Source: a virus. Taken from it: DNA of 64,000 bases. The notes beneath the pieces are model-generated. The model saw only the letters and a program-made list of their open reading frames with translations. It had not been told where the DNA came from and ran no database searches. Shown here one piece after another: positions 18,748 through 27,559 of this stretch; position 1 is the first letter of the stretch; each line of letters begins with the position of its first letter. The DNA lies in the IMG/VR virus record IMGVR_UViG_3300010885_055964, positions 64,001 through 128,000 of that record, one strand, 5' to 3'. The position numbers and the translations under genes are program-made.

Positions 18748-19392
18748 TTGGCATTAGCTACTGACAAGTATCTGTTTTTACATATTCCAAAGACCGGGGG
18801 TGTATGGTTATCACAAATACTGAGAAAGATATCGGCACCAATAGAAGTCGGGCATCAACATTCTCATTTTCCGCAACTGTGTCAAATATATGAGCCAGAT
18901 TGGTTTATAAGTAAATTTATATTCACAATGGTCAGGCACCCTATTACTTGGTATCAGTCTAGGTGGGCTTTTAGAGTAAAGTACGGCTGGCATTCGAGTC
19001 ACCCATTAGACTACAATTGTGCCAGTAATGACTTTAATCAGTTTGTAATCAATGCTCTGGAATATAAACCTGATGGATGGTACACATACGAGATCGATCA
19101 ATTTATGTGTGGTGTACCAGGCGGAATCAGGCATGTGATTAAACTAGAAGATGGTCTAAATGGAGTGATTGAAGCCATCAATCAAATAGGCCTGCAATAT
19201 GATATAAATGTTATAAAATCTATACCTAGGGTTAACGATTCAGATATGGGTGGGCGAACATCAAAATATTGGGCTAAATACCGACCGGATGTGTATAAAC
19301 GAGTGATCAACGTAGAGAGACGAGTCATCGACCGATATTATTCTGGGCATAAAATCAATCCCAGCGACCATGTAGGTCCACGACCTTGGTAA
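18748..19392 (+). CDS. sulfotransferase family 2 protein
   Basis: LFLHIPKTGG, FTMVRHPITWYQSRW, IKLED; TTG start assumed at 18748. Confidence 0.85.
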   Translation: MALATDKYLFLHIPKTGGVWLSQILRKISAPIEVGHQHSHFPQLCQIYEPDWFISKFIFTMVRHPITWYQSRWAFRVKYGWHSSHPLDYNCASNDFNQFVINALEYKPDGWYTYEIDQFMCGVPGGIRHVIKLEDGLNGVIEAINQIGLQYDINVIKSIPRVNDSDMGGRTSKYWAKYRPDVYKRVINVERRVIDRYYSGHKINPSDHVGPRPW

Positions 19393-20104
19393 CATTACGT
19401 TCTTTCCACTGAATATATTCTAGATCACTATCATTATTGAGATGGGTGACCAATAAGTTACTGTTAATACCTATGAAAGCCTTGCGTCGGTGAGCTGATA
19501 GACAAAGATTACCATCATCAGCCCCATATAATTGTTGGTCATAAAAGAGGCCGACTGACTCGAAAAACTGGGTATCAATGATTAATAGAGGGCCTGCTGT
19601 ATGTCTGTTGTAGTAAAGCCCAGGATAAAAGTCGGGTGAAGCTTCCAGTATGCGAGCATCGTGCATGATTAATTGATGCTCAAGCTGATATTGCCATGTT
19701 TGATGAGGGAGATTACATATCGCTGGTGCTATTAATCCGACCTTAGTGCATCTTTTGACGTAATAGAATGATCGTTGAAGTTCTATAAGCCATTCTGCTG
19801 GTACTACTATATCCGAGTCTATAGATATGAAGTGCTGTAGAGTATTGTGCCGCATAATAGTATTATACCATTTATTCACTGCGGCTCCTTTTCCGATATT
19901 GTAATCATTAGCATATATAGTGATATTTGGGTGTTTACTATATTGATATAGGTATGAATCAATATGACCTGCAGAATTGTCGATTATAGATAGATGGTAT
20001 GGGCACTCTGTATTATTGAGAATCGAATCGACGCAATTAGTGAAGTCATTGGGCCTATGATATGCCACCATTATGATTTGTGTAGGTTGGATATCTAAGA
20101 GCAT
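19355..20104 (-). CDS. GT2 glycosyltransferase
   Basis: MVAYHR..IIDNS..NIGKGAAVN..ISIDSDI..YGADDG. Confidence 0.85.
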   Translation of the reverse strand: MLLDIQPTQIIMVAYHRPNDFTNCVDSILNNTECPYHLSIIDNSAGHIDSYLYQYSKHPNITIYANDYNIGKGAAVNKWYNTIMRHNTLQHFISIDSDIVVPAEWLIELQRSFYYVKRCTKVGLIAPAICNLPHQTWQYQLEHQLIMHDARILEASPDFYPGLYYNRHTAGPLLIIDTQFFESVGLFYDQQLYGADDGNLCLSAHRRKAFIGINSNLLVTHLNNDSDLEYIQWKERNVTKVVDLHGRWD

Positions 20105-20134
20105 AATCTATTTATCGAGTGATGTATGTATACA

Positions 20135-20165
20135 ACAAAAGGGTGCTTTTGTCGCACCCTTTTGT
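20135..20165. terminator. bidirectional-type intrinsic terminator
   Basis: Perfect 12-bp inverted repeat ACAAAAGGGTGC/GCACCCTTTTGT with a 7-nt loop. Confidence 0.85.
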
Positions 20166-20190
20166 ATGTTAAGAACGGTATTAGTAAATA

Positions 20191-20418
20191 TCAGCGAGAG
20201 ACGAATGTGATCAGTTTAAGCTTGCTTAACTGTTGGAGCTGAGCCTCGTCAAGACGTACAGTCTCGAGAGACAACTGAGCACCAGGAGTAACGAAGGTCT
20301 GATTGGTTACCTCTGGTTTAAGATCGGAATTAACATTAACGCTAGCATATCCGATAGAATTGACTAAGATCGGAATGCTTTGATTAGAGATGTTGGTGAT
20401 TGTCGTGATATTGGCCAT
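20191..20418 (-). CDS. small protein, paralogue of 41094..41357
   Basis: ATG 20418 with GGAGG SD; ITNISNQSIPI...VTPGAQLSL...QLQQLSKLKLI. Confidence 0.75.
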   Translation of the reverse strand: MANITTITNISNQSIPILVNSIGYASVNVNSDLKPEVTNQTFVTPGAQLSLETVRLDEAQLQQLSKLKLITFVSR

Positions 20419-20461
20419 AATTACCTCCAAGGTTAAAGCAGGTTTACTTTAAATTTGATCA

Positions 20462-21328
20462 ATGCCCGATTTCTCTATTATTAGCTGCATATCACAGCCA
20501 GACGTTTTTGACAGGTGCCTTTTAAGATCTATATATGCTGCAAGAAAAGAATATGATATAGAAATAATTCCTATTTTTAACTATGAAAACAGATATTCAG
20601 CCAGTAACGCTTTGAATATAGGGGCGGACGTTGCCAGATCGGACAAGTTGATTTTCGTGCATCAAGATGTTAGATTATTATCCGATTGGTTTGATATATT
20701 ATATGACAACATTAACAAGATGCCTAAAGATTGGGCTGTACTAGGATCAGCAGGAATAGATCTGAGATATAATAGAGCTGACATAGGTAAGTGGGGAGGG
20801 GCGGCTAACCAATCCACTGTTGCAGTGGGATCAGTATGGTTCAGTGATGAAACAGTAGATCAGCCTCCTGAATGGGGTGGGACTAAGGAATTATCTCTAA
20901 CGCATTGTGTTGATGAATGTTTGATGGTAGTGAATAAGAGATCGGGTCTAAGGTTCGATACGATGTTCAACGGCTTTCATTTTTATGCAGTAGATTTATG
21001 CCTGCAGGCAAGATCAGCAGCATACCCAGTATATTGCGCACATCTGCCAATAGTACATTACGGGAAATATTCTGCGAGCATATCAGACGACAACAGGTAT
21101 TGGCCACAGTTACGTTATTTGCATCATAAATGGAAGATGAGATTCCCAGAATTGTTAGGTACACATATGCATTGGGCCGAAAATGAATTAACGAGCTATA
21201 TTCCTATGTCTATAGTTTCTGATGATCTACAAGAAGTACGAATAAAGGCCATGGGTTTAAGTCAGGTAGTGCTGGCTACCGATAAACAACACGGCATACT
21301 TAATGTAAAAGACAGGAGCAGACCATGA
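20462..21328 (+). CDS. GT2-like glycosyltransferase (Glyco_tranf_2_5 type)
   Basis: SASNALNIG..LIFVHQDV..VDECLMVV..GFHFYAVDLCLQA. Confidence 0.85.
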   Translation: MPDFSIISCISQPDVFDRCLLRSIYAARKEYDIEIIPIFNYENRYSASNALNIGADVARSDKLIFVHQDVRLLSDWFDILYDNINKMPKDWAVLGSAGIDLRYNRADIGKWGGAANQSTVAVGSVWFSDETVDQPPEWGGTKELSLTHCVDECLMVVNKRSGLRFDTMFNGFHFYAVDLCLQARSAAYPVYCAHLPIVHYGKYSASISDDNRYWPQLRYLHHKWKMRFPELLGTHMHWAENELTSYIPMSIVSDDLQEVRIKAMGLSQVVLATDKQHGILNVKDRSRP

Positions 21329-22230
21329 TACGAGCTATTGTATTGATGCATCCACAGTCAGCAGATTTGTTACCTAAGGACGTTTTTAAATCTAAGCTGG
21401 TTAAATCTATAGGAATATCATGTGGTGCTTCTAAAGTACCTGGTGCTGACTTATCAGAGGCGGCCGATTTCTTTCCGACTTATGCGTCATGGAATTCCGC
21501 TTTGTTTGAGACATCGATAATATTAACTGTATGGGAGCACGCAGACAATTTAATATCAAACGATCATGTGGCTTTTCTACATACTGATATACGCCCACAT
21601 TTCAAGGCGTCAGAGATATGGAGCAAAATCCATAAACAATTAGATGCAGAACCTGACTCTTCTTTGGCTTTAACAGCTCCGTTAGGATATCAAGGACTTT
21701 GGAATGATTGGTTGGTACGCGAGTCTGCTAAGCTAATACCAAAGAATGACCCATATAAGATACATTGTTTTGATAATGGGATCTTTGTGTGGGATATAAT
21801 CAAGAAATATGATCCAGATATTTATGAGTGGGCGTTTGATACACAACCGAACATGATATATAGCCACCAGTTCGCGTGTTCGAGGTCCACATTGAATTAT
21901 TTGGGCAATAAGTTGACTAGCGTGGTTAGTAAACTCAGGCTAACTGATGTGGGATTTTGGACTCCTCATGTGTTTGAAAGGCTGATAGCCCTATATCTAG
22001 CATATAAGGGGCGTCCAATATTAACAACAGCGTTTTGGCATTACCAATCATCTGGTGTGTATGGGCCAGGACACCATAATTTATATGGCCCCAGACCAAT
22101 TAGATATTATAAGGTCAAGTCTAATAGGACAGTTATAGGAGAGTCGCATGCATCAAAGTCAGAAAAGCTGCTTGAACAGACTCATACCAATCATCATCTA
22201 GATCCTCTATCGTTGATATCCCGATATTGA
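21325..22230 (+). CDS. putative glycosyltransferase (DUF4422-like)
   Basis: FETSIILTVWEH..DHVAFLH and HVFERLIALYL resemble DUF4422 motifs; sits in the GT cluster. Confidence 0.5.
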   Translation: MIRAIVLMHPQSADLLPKDVFKSKLVKSIGISCGASKVPGADLSEAADFFPTYASWNSALFETSIILTVWEHADNLISNDHVAFLHTDIRPHFKASEIWSKIHKQLDAEPDSSLALTAPLGYQGLWNDWLVRESAKLIPKNDPYKIHCFDNGIFVWDIIKKYDPDIYEWAFDTQPNMIYSHQFACSRSTLNYLGNKLTSVVSKLRLTDVGFWTPHVFERLIALYLAYKGRPILTTAFWHYQSSGVYGPGHHNLYGPRPIRYYKVKSNRTVIGESHASKSEKLLEQTHTNHHLDPLSLISRY

Positions 22231-22459
22231 TATTGAGAGGAATATTTGCAGTAATAGTCTTGCTTGGCCAATCAAGCACTACAGGGTCGATTCTAACATC
22301 CACTCCGAATGGTTGGGTAGGTAGATCTTTGCCTTTTTTCCTTTTAACCACGGCGTAAATATATGCATCAAAATGGACTATTTGTGGTGGTATTGCCTCA
22401 ATAAAAGGGCTGGTGAGCCTCTTAGTCACTTTGATAACAGAACATTTTGATTTTTTCAT
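22133..22459 (-). CDS. hypothetical protein
   Basis: ORF from ATG 22459; overlaps the convergent gene by 98 nt. Confidence 0.45.
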   Translation of the reverse strand: MKKSKCSVIKVTKRLTSPFIEAIPPQIVHFDAYIYAVVKRKKGKDLPTQPFGVDVRIDPVVLDWPSKTITANIPLNINIGISTIEDLDDDWYESVQAAFLTLMHATLL

Positions 22460-22480
22460 AACTGTATCTACTGGAGTGGC

Positions 22481-22876
22481 ATGATGGTACATCTGACTGA
22501 TCTAGCTGACGACGGTGGCGGAGAGGTCGACGTTCTTGAGCGGCACGCGGTAGAGGTCGACCTAGAATTGGCGAGAAGAGCAATAGTGTTACAAGCACAA
22601 ATCGATACTTTATCAGAAGAATTGGCTAGTGTGAAAGGAAAATTGAGGCTAGCAGCACTAGGACGAACAAAAGAGATATTGGTAGAAGGGGTTGGTAAGG
22701 TGCATATTAGTGCGCCGTTTGCCGGAAGTGAAAAAACGATCTTAGTGCTAAACGATGAGCGGATAAACACTGACCCAGACTTACGCCAGAGATTGCTAGA
22801 TGATGAAGTAATTATGCATCAGATTAAAAAGGTGTCTGCTAGTGTGGCTAGGGTAACTATCAAAACCAACATTTAA
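22481..22876 (+). CDS. hypothetical protein
   Basis: 131-aa ORF, GGAG SD. Confidence 0.65.
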   Translation: MMVHLTDLADDGGGEVDVLERHAVEVDLELARRAIVLQAQIDTLSEELASVKGKLRLAALGRTKEILVEGVGKVHISAPFAGSEKTILVLNDERINTDPDLRQRLLDDEVIMHQIKKVSASVARVTIKTNI

Positions 22877-22927
22877 CGTATTTAATGAGCATTGGTGGAA
22901 GTATGGGTGCACTTAAATGAGCACCTA

Positions 22928-23044
22928 TCCGGTGTAGCTCAGCTGAAAAAGAGCTAATTCATGGGTATCACCTGTGAAGAGTAGTCCAGAGCGGCGGTCC
23001 TAAAACCGCAGGTCGCGGGTGCAAATCCTAGCCATCGGCCACCA
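22928..23044 (+). ncRNA. aberrant tRNA-like RNA (D-arm insertion, 6-nt anticodon loop)
   Basis: TAGCTCAG start, GAGC, stem GCGGT/ACCGC, AGGTC variable loop, GGGTGCAAATCC T-arm, 3' ACCA; 38 extra nt between two GAGC copies. Confidence 0.7.
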
Positions 23045-23083
23045 ATATGTTAATTATGCTAAGAAGTTAATAGTAGGAATCAA

Positions 23084-23458
23084 GTGTTTGGCATGAACCG
23101 TAGAAATTGGTTTCAGAGTTTAACAGGTTTGTTTGTAAGCGGTTCTGTTGTCAAACAACCTTCATCATCGCCATGCATCACGCCGGCTTACGCAGGTTTT
23201 GATGGCGTTTTGAGAATCGGTGGCAGCCACGGAGGATGGTATAAATTTATTTTGCGTCGAGGGTTGGTGGATAATCCTTTCCGTTACACGGGTATACGTC
23301 ATAATGAATTAGCTGTGTGGAAAAACCACGATGGCTCAGTATCCAAATTACTGTACCGTAATCGCGACGGCAAATTCTTTGACTTACAGTTCGTTCCTAT
23401 AGATGATGAAATTAAAAACCCAGGAAGTTCCTCTACCTCGCCTACTAGCGTGGCATAA
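23084..23458 (+). CDS. hypothetical protein with twin-arginine-like N-terminus
   Basis: MNRRNWFQSLTGLFV; AGGA SD before GTG. Confidence 0.6.
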   Translation: MFGMNRRNWFQSLTGLFVSGSVVKQPSSSPCITPAYAGFDGVLRIGGSHGGWYKFILRRGLVDNPFRYTGIRHNELAVWKNHDGSVSKLLYRNRDGKFFDLQFVPIDDEIKNPGSSSTSPTSVA

Positions 23459-23570
23459 ACATATTTTGAACAATATCTGGTTAGTATGTGTGTCGGTAAG
23501 GCTAATATTATAAATAATTGATATCATATTTAATAAAAAATATTATGAACATAATTACAGGAGAACCGCC

Positions 23571-24536
23571 ATGGTTATTTGGTCAGTCAGCTTTAATTTA
23601 GCTTATAATGATGGTACCGCATCGATATTAGAAATAACCAAAGATGAGAAGTCCATAAATCTGCGGAAAAGTAATAATGTAACATGGAGCATTTGCAAGA
23701 GACTACCCAAGTTCGCTAGCTTTATCGACAGTCTGGGTGGTAGTGTATCGTCCATGATTCCAGATAATGTGGCTGACTATAATTTTAGATTTACGGCAAC
23801 AACCACGAATGGCCATATCCACGTTTTGGGCGGGTCAGATGCTTTAGAGGCCGAGACTGTATGCAATGTGGACATTGCTACCATCTATGCCGAATTATGT
23901 GCTGACCCACGATTCGCTTTATATTTCTTACCATGTGCCGTATTCATCAACACCGACTACGTTGATTATAGACCAGGTAGAAATAGTGCTGAAGCATCCA
24001 ATCTGATAGATACATTGACATCATTTGGTAGGAGTGTTTCGACATTCGTTGATATAACGTCCGCAGGATTCGAAGAAGCGTTATCCGCGACTAGTATGTT
24101 ATTCATACCTGAGATGGAAAGAGATTACTTAATATTAGACCCTGCCGCAAAAGAGGTCATTAAACAATGGGTAAGCAATGGTGGGACATTCTTTGCGTTT
24201 TACTATCTGGCTGATGAACTAATCAACGATGTTTTTGATTTGTCGATAACTCAGCTTGGTGAAGGATACGGTGGTGCTACCAAGTCCGCTGCGGCTGTAG
24301 GATCACCGCTCGAGAATGGTCCTAATCAGATATGGGATAATGATGCCACGAGTAGTGTGGATATCGCATCATTACCGCCTGGATCCAAGTCATATTATGA
24401 TTCGAGAGGCACGCAGAGTTATGTAGCTTCAATCCCATATGGTAATGGTAAGATAATATTTATGGGGTGGGATTGGTATGAGCCTTCGAATAATGATCCC
24501 GGATGGTTAACTGTGCTAGATTTATTGACTCAATAA
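23571..24536 (+). CDS. hypothetical protein with possible class I GATase-like C-terminal domain
   Basis: MLFIPE..IKQWVSNGGTF..YGNGKIIFMGWDW pattern. Confidence 0.55.
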   Translation: MVIWSVSFNLAYNDGTASILEITKDEKSINLRKSNNVTWSICKRLPKFASFIDSLGGSVSSMIPDNVADYNFRFTATTTNGHIHVLGGSDALEAETVCNVDIATIYAELCADPRFALYFLPCAVFINTDYVDYRPGRNSAEASNLIDTLTSFGRSVSTFVDITSAGFEEALSATSMLFIPEMERDYLILDPAAKEVIKQWVSNGGTFFAFYYLADELINDVFDLSITQLGEGYGGATKSAAAVGSPLENGPNQIWDNDATSSVDIASLPPGSKSYYDSRGTQSYVASIPYGNGKIIFMGWDWYEPSNNDPGWLTVLDLLTQ

Positions 24537-24551
24537 TACGGTTTATGGCAT

Positions 24552-25613
24552 TTAATAATCAGGGCTGACTATAGAAACGAATTCTTCAAACTTGTAATCT
24601 GGGAATGCTACAACTGGTTCGAGTACGACCTGCACATCAGCGAGTAATTCCTGTATTTCACATATCAGTCGATCAGCGTCACGTATCCCATCAGACATAT
24701 ACTGAAGAGTAACGCTATCCAACTGTGTCTGGATGAGTTTAAACCTGGTAATAGCATATTTCTCATAAAAAGTACGACTACCAAATATAGGCCATTTGCG
24801 TTCACCGTTAGGCATTATAAACATATTACGCACTCGACCATAAATATAAGTGATTGTTTGAAGCGAACGTCCACATGTGCAAGATCCTAGCTGTATATGA
24901 TCACCGTGATTATATCTGGTTATATATGGATTGGTTAATGTGGTGATAATCAGGCCACCATCTTCCGACACTTCGACTAATTGATTTTCCATCACGTGAT
25001 AGTTGCTGGGTACATCTGGGCATTGGATGGCAATTGTGCCGCATTCTTCGCTAGAATACATGGTTCCACCACGTTCTCCTGTGCCCTTCCAGTCTAATAG
25101 ATTGGTTACATTAGACAGATCCAAAGCATCGCGGATAGAAGGGGCACAAGCCAAATAATGAGGGTTTATTTGTTTGATCCATGCCTGTAAATCAGATACT
25201 TTTTCACAGCCTATTTTATGACTCGCACCCTGAATAGGAGCTAATCGTCTTGGTAGCCCCCAGTTAGGGCTTGATTTACGCACCTCGCCCGGCTTGACGA
25301 AAGCTAGCACTTTACTATAGTCCCAATTCCTCCACTGATACTCTCGAATATTGGTAGCTAGCAACCATATCTGATCATCGATAGTTTTTTGAACTGTGAT
25401 AGGCTCGCCAGTTGAACCGCTAGTACGAACGCAAAATAAACCTGGCCGCATTGGTGTGTGATTAAGCTGACTACGGGAGATGATTGGTCGATCTTTAATT
25501 AAATCGAAATTCGGCGTGTGATCCCACTGGCTGGCATTAAGCTTATCTATTAATGATAGAGTTTCAGAGGTGATAAACCGCATTTGATCATGGCTAATCA
25601 TCGAAAATCCCAC
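24552..25613 (-). CDS. phenylacetate-CoA ligase/CapK-like adenylate-forming enzyme
   Basis: ANL motifs RTSGSTGEP, YSSEECG, ITTLTNPYITRYNHGD, YGRVRN. Confidence 0.85.
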   Translation of the reverse strand: MGFSMISHDQMRFITSETLSLIDKLNASQWDHTPNFDLIKDRPIISRSQLNHTPMRPGLFCVRTSGSTGEPITVQKTIDDQIWLLATNIREYQWRNWDYSKVLAFVKPGEVRKSSPNWGLPRRLAPIQGASHKIGCEKVSDLQAWIKQINPHYLACAPSIRDALDLSNVTNLLDWKGTGERGGTMYSSEECGTIAIQCPDVPSNYHVMENQLVEVSEDGGLIITTLTNPYITRYNHGDHIQLGSCTCGRSLQTITYIYGRVRNMFIMPNGERKWPIFGSRTFYEKYAITRFKLIQTQLDSVTLQYMSDGIRDADRLICEIQELLADVQVVLEPVVAFPDYKFEEFVSIVSPDY

Positions 25614-26083
25614 ATAAAGAATGAATAATCTGCTAGAATCGTTGAAGATTGAGGTTTGATATTAAAGTCAGAAGTTTGAGGGAAATAAGCGGCTATTCGC
25701 ATGAGAGGTAGTTTGTAATTGAATGAACGTACTATTAGTCTCTTGCAATAACGAGAGGACATATTTATTATCCCATCGGCTAACTCTTGGGTGAAGTTGA
25801 GTACGCCATCCCCTATGATATTATCATAATGTGTGCTATTGGATAACCAATCTGCTATAATCATCGTATCTGGAATATGCAAAGGGTCGACATCCATCTG
25901 CCTGTGAGATAAGGGGACTAAATTATGGGTACAGCCAAGTAGCAAAGTCGTACCTTGAATCAGACTGTTTTGATAAAAAAGTGCATCATCACTACTAGGA
26001 GAATATGGGGGTAATAGACTGTTCCAGTAATATTTATCGGGCAAGGACATAACTGGTAGATGATAGAAGAAAGATGGCGGCAC
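25598..26083 (-). CDS. class I SAM methyltransferase-like protein (compact; start uncertain)
   Basis: LLLGCT..MDVDP..IADW..YDNIIGDGVLNF. Confidence 0.55.
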   Translation of the reverse strand: MPPSFFYHLPVMSLPDKYYWNSLLPPYSPSSDDALFYQNSLIQGTTLLLGCTHNLVPLSHRQMDVDPLHIPDTMIIADWLSNSTHYDNIIGDGVLNFTQELADGIINMSSRYCKRLIVRSFNYKLPLMRIAAYFPQTSDFNIKPQSSTILADYSFFMWDFR

Positions 26084-26388
26084 CTATTATATTCGATTGA
26101 GAATTCACGGGTATAGATAGTAGTGTAACATATGCTGGTCGCCGTAATCACTAAAATAGGATCAGAGGCTAATAGTATTAGCATCGACTTTCTCAAAATG
26201 GTGAGACCCATCTAGGTTATTATGATTAATCTTACAGAGGTTAAGACTTAAGACTTCTTCTGCGAGAAATACGATGGACAATGTGTCGTTTTGTATGTCG
26301 ATGCTGATATGCTCGGTTGGAAGCCTGTTCACGATCTGGTTACTATATTGGCGTGAACGCCCCTTTGATTAACAGCTAGAAGGATAAC

Positions 26389-26667
26389 ATGAAAAAGCCG
26401 AGAATAATCGTGTTGTCAGGTAGTACCGACACAACGTTCAGCTGGCTGTCGGATGGGTGGTATGATGTAAAGAAGCGTGGCGGCGAAAATGCCAAAGCCT
26501 TGATGGCGAAAGCGAGGCAGGCTATCGCGAGTGGCTCAGACGTCCCAGACACAATCAGCAAGCTCGAGGCGGTTGGATTTGAGGTCACGCAGGACCCAGA
26601 TTTTTCCCTTCTTTATAGACGCTTGGTCGAACAGCCTGGGTGTTATTTTAGACACTATAATGTGTAA
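26389..26667 (+). CDS. hypothetical protein
   Basis: 92-aa ORF, AAGGA SD. Confidence 0.6.
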   Translation: MKKPRIIVLSGSTDTTFSWLSDGWYDVKKRGGENAKALMAKARQAIASGSDVPDTISKLEAVGFEVTQDPDFSLLYRRLVEQPGCYFRHYNV

Positions 26668-26728
26668 ATCGATCAAAGATAGGTTTGAGGCACAGGTGCT
26701 TTAGGAATTCCGCAGGACGAGGTTATAA

Positions 26729-26986
26729 ATGGTTATTTTCTCTTGGGACGAGATCAGTGGTGAGTGGGCTACGCACCAACTACCGATTGACACAAAGGAT
26801 CCAATCGAGATCAATCGGGCACTCGGAGCTTCATTAGTAGACTCGGAAGTAGGTGTCGATGCCTTGGGTGATGAATCGCCTGACGGATGGGTGGTTGAGT
26901 CGAGTGGCTGGTCTGGTCCAGTGTTGACGATCGTATCACGCGATGAAAGGAATCATCTAGCTGTAACTGTAGCCATTTATGAGTGA
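26729..26986 (+). CDS. acidic hypothetical protein
   Basis: 85-aa ORF, GAGGT SD. Confidence 0.6.
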   Translation: MVIFSWDEISGEWATHQLPIDTKDPIEINRALGASLVDSEVGVDALGDESPDGWVVESSGWSGPVLTIVSRDERNHLAVTVAIYE

Positions 26987-27031
26987 TTCTACCTAGAGAC
27001 TGATTCAGCGAGTTCTCCAACTGGGGGTATA

Positions 27032-27520
27032 ATGGCTAACAATCGACCAGAAATAGCAATAGTAGGCAGTACATTTAGCGGCTATCCTAAAAATGCCGAT
27101 CCAATAGATGTATTAGCAGGCATATATCATGTAGCATATAGTGTTAATATTAATGGCGTACGCGGAATGGCTCTATTGATCTATGAGTTCGATGAACGTG
27201 ATATAGTACGCGAAGATGTGTATTCAACGCCACAGATAGCACAGCAGCTCAAGATATATTTAGGAGAACAGAGTCCTCTGACATATTCCTTGCTGTCATT
27301 ACCGGATGAACCCGTCCAATCGAGTGGGCGTAAGAATTCGAGCAAGGACTCGAGCAAGGAATCGGTGGCCAAAGCAAAAAACTTGTGCACCGTTTTGGTC
27401 TATGGTGAGAATCCAATGAACGAGAGCGACGTTCAAGTGGTCGCCAATATGATAACAGAAAACATAGACGATAATAATGGGATTGCTGAAATTAGCGAGC
27501 TGCTCCACATAGATAATTAA
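27032..27520 (+). CDS. hypothetical protein
   Basis: 162-aa ORF, GGGGGT SD. Confidence 0.65.
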   Translation: MANNRPEIAIVGSTFSGYPKNADPIDVLAGIYHVAYSVNINGVRGMALLIYEFDERDIVREDVYSTPQIAQQLKIYLGEQSPLTYSLLSLPDEPVQSSGRKNSSKDSSKESVAKAKNLCTVLVYGENPMNESDVQVVANMITENIDDNNGIAEISELLHIDN

Positions 27521-27559
27521 AGCTGCGTGGGGGATTGCTGGCCGAGACAGAGGCTGAGT

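Noticed and set aside
23509-23516. T4 late promoter TATAAATA as the general late promoter
   Set aside because: Only one intergenic copy noticed; structural operons carry the CAAAnATA-like motif instead
27338-27363. 12-bp tandem repeat TCGAGCAAGGA[CA]
   Set aside because: In-frame duplication in a linker (SSKD/SSKE); no sign of phase variation
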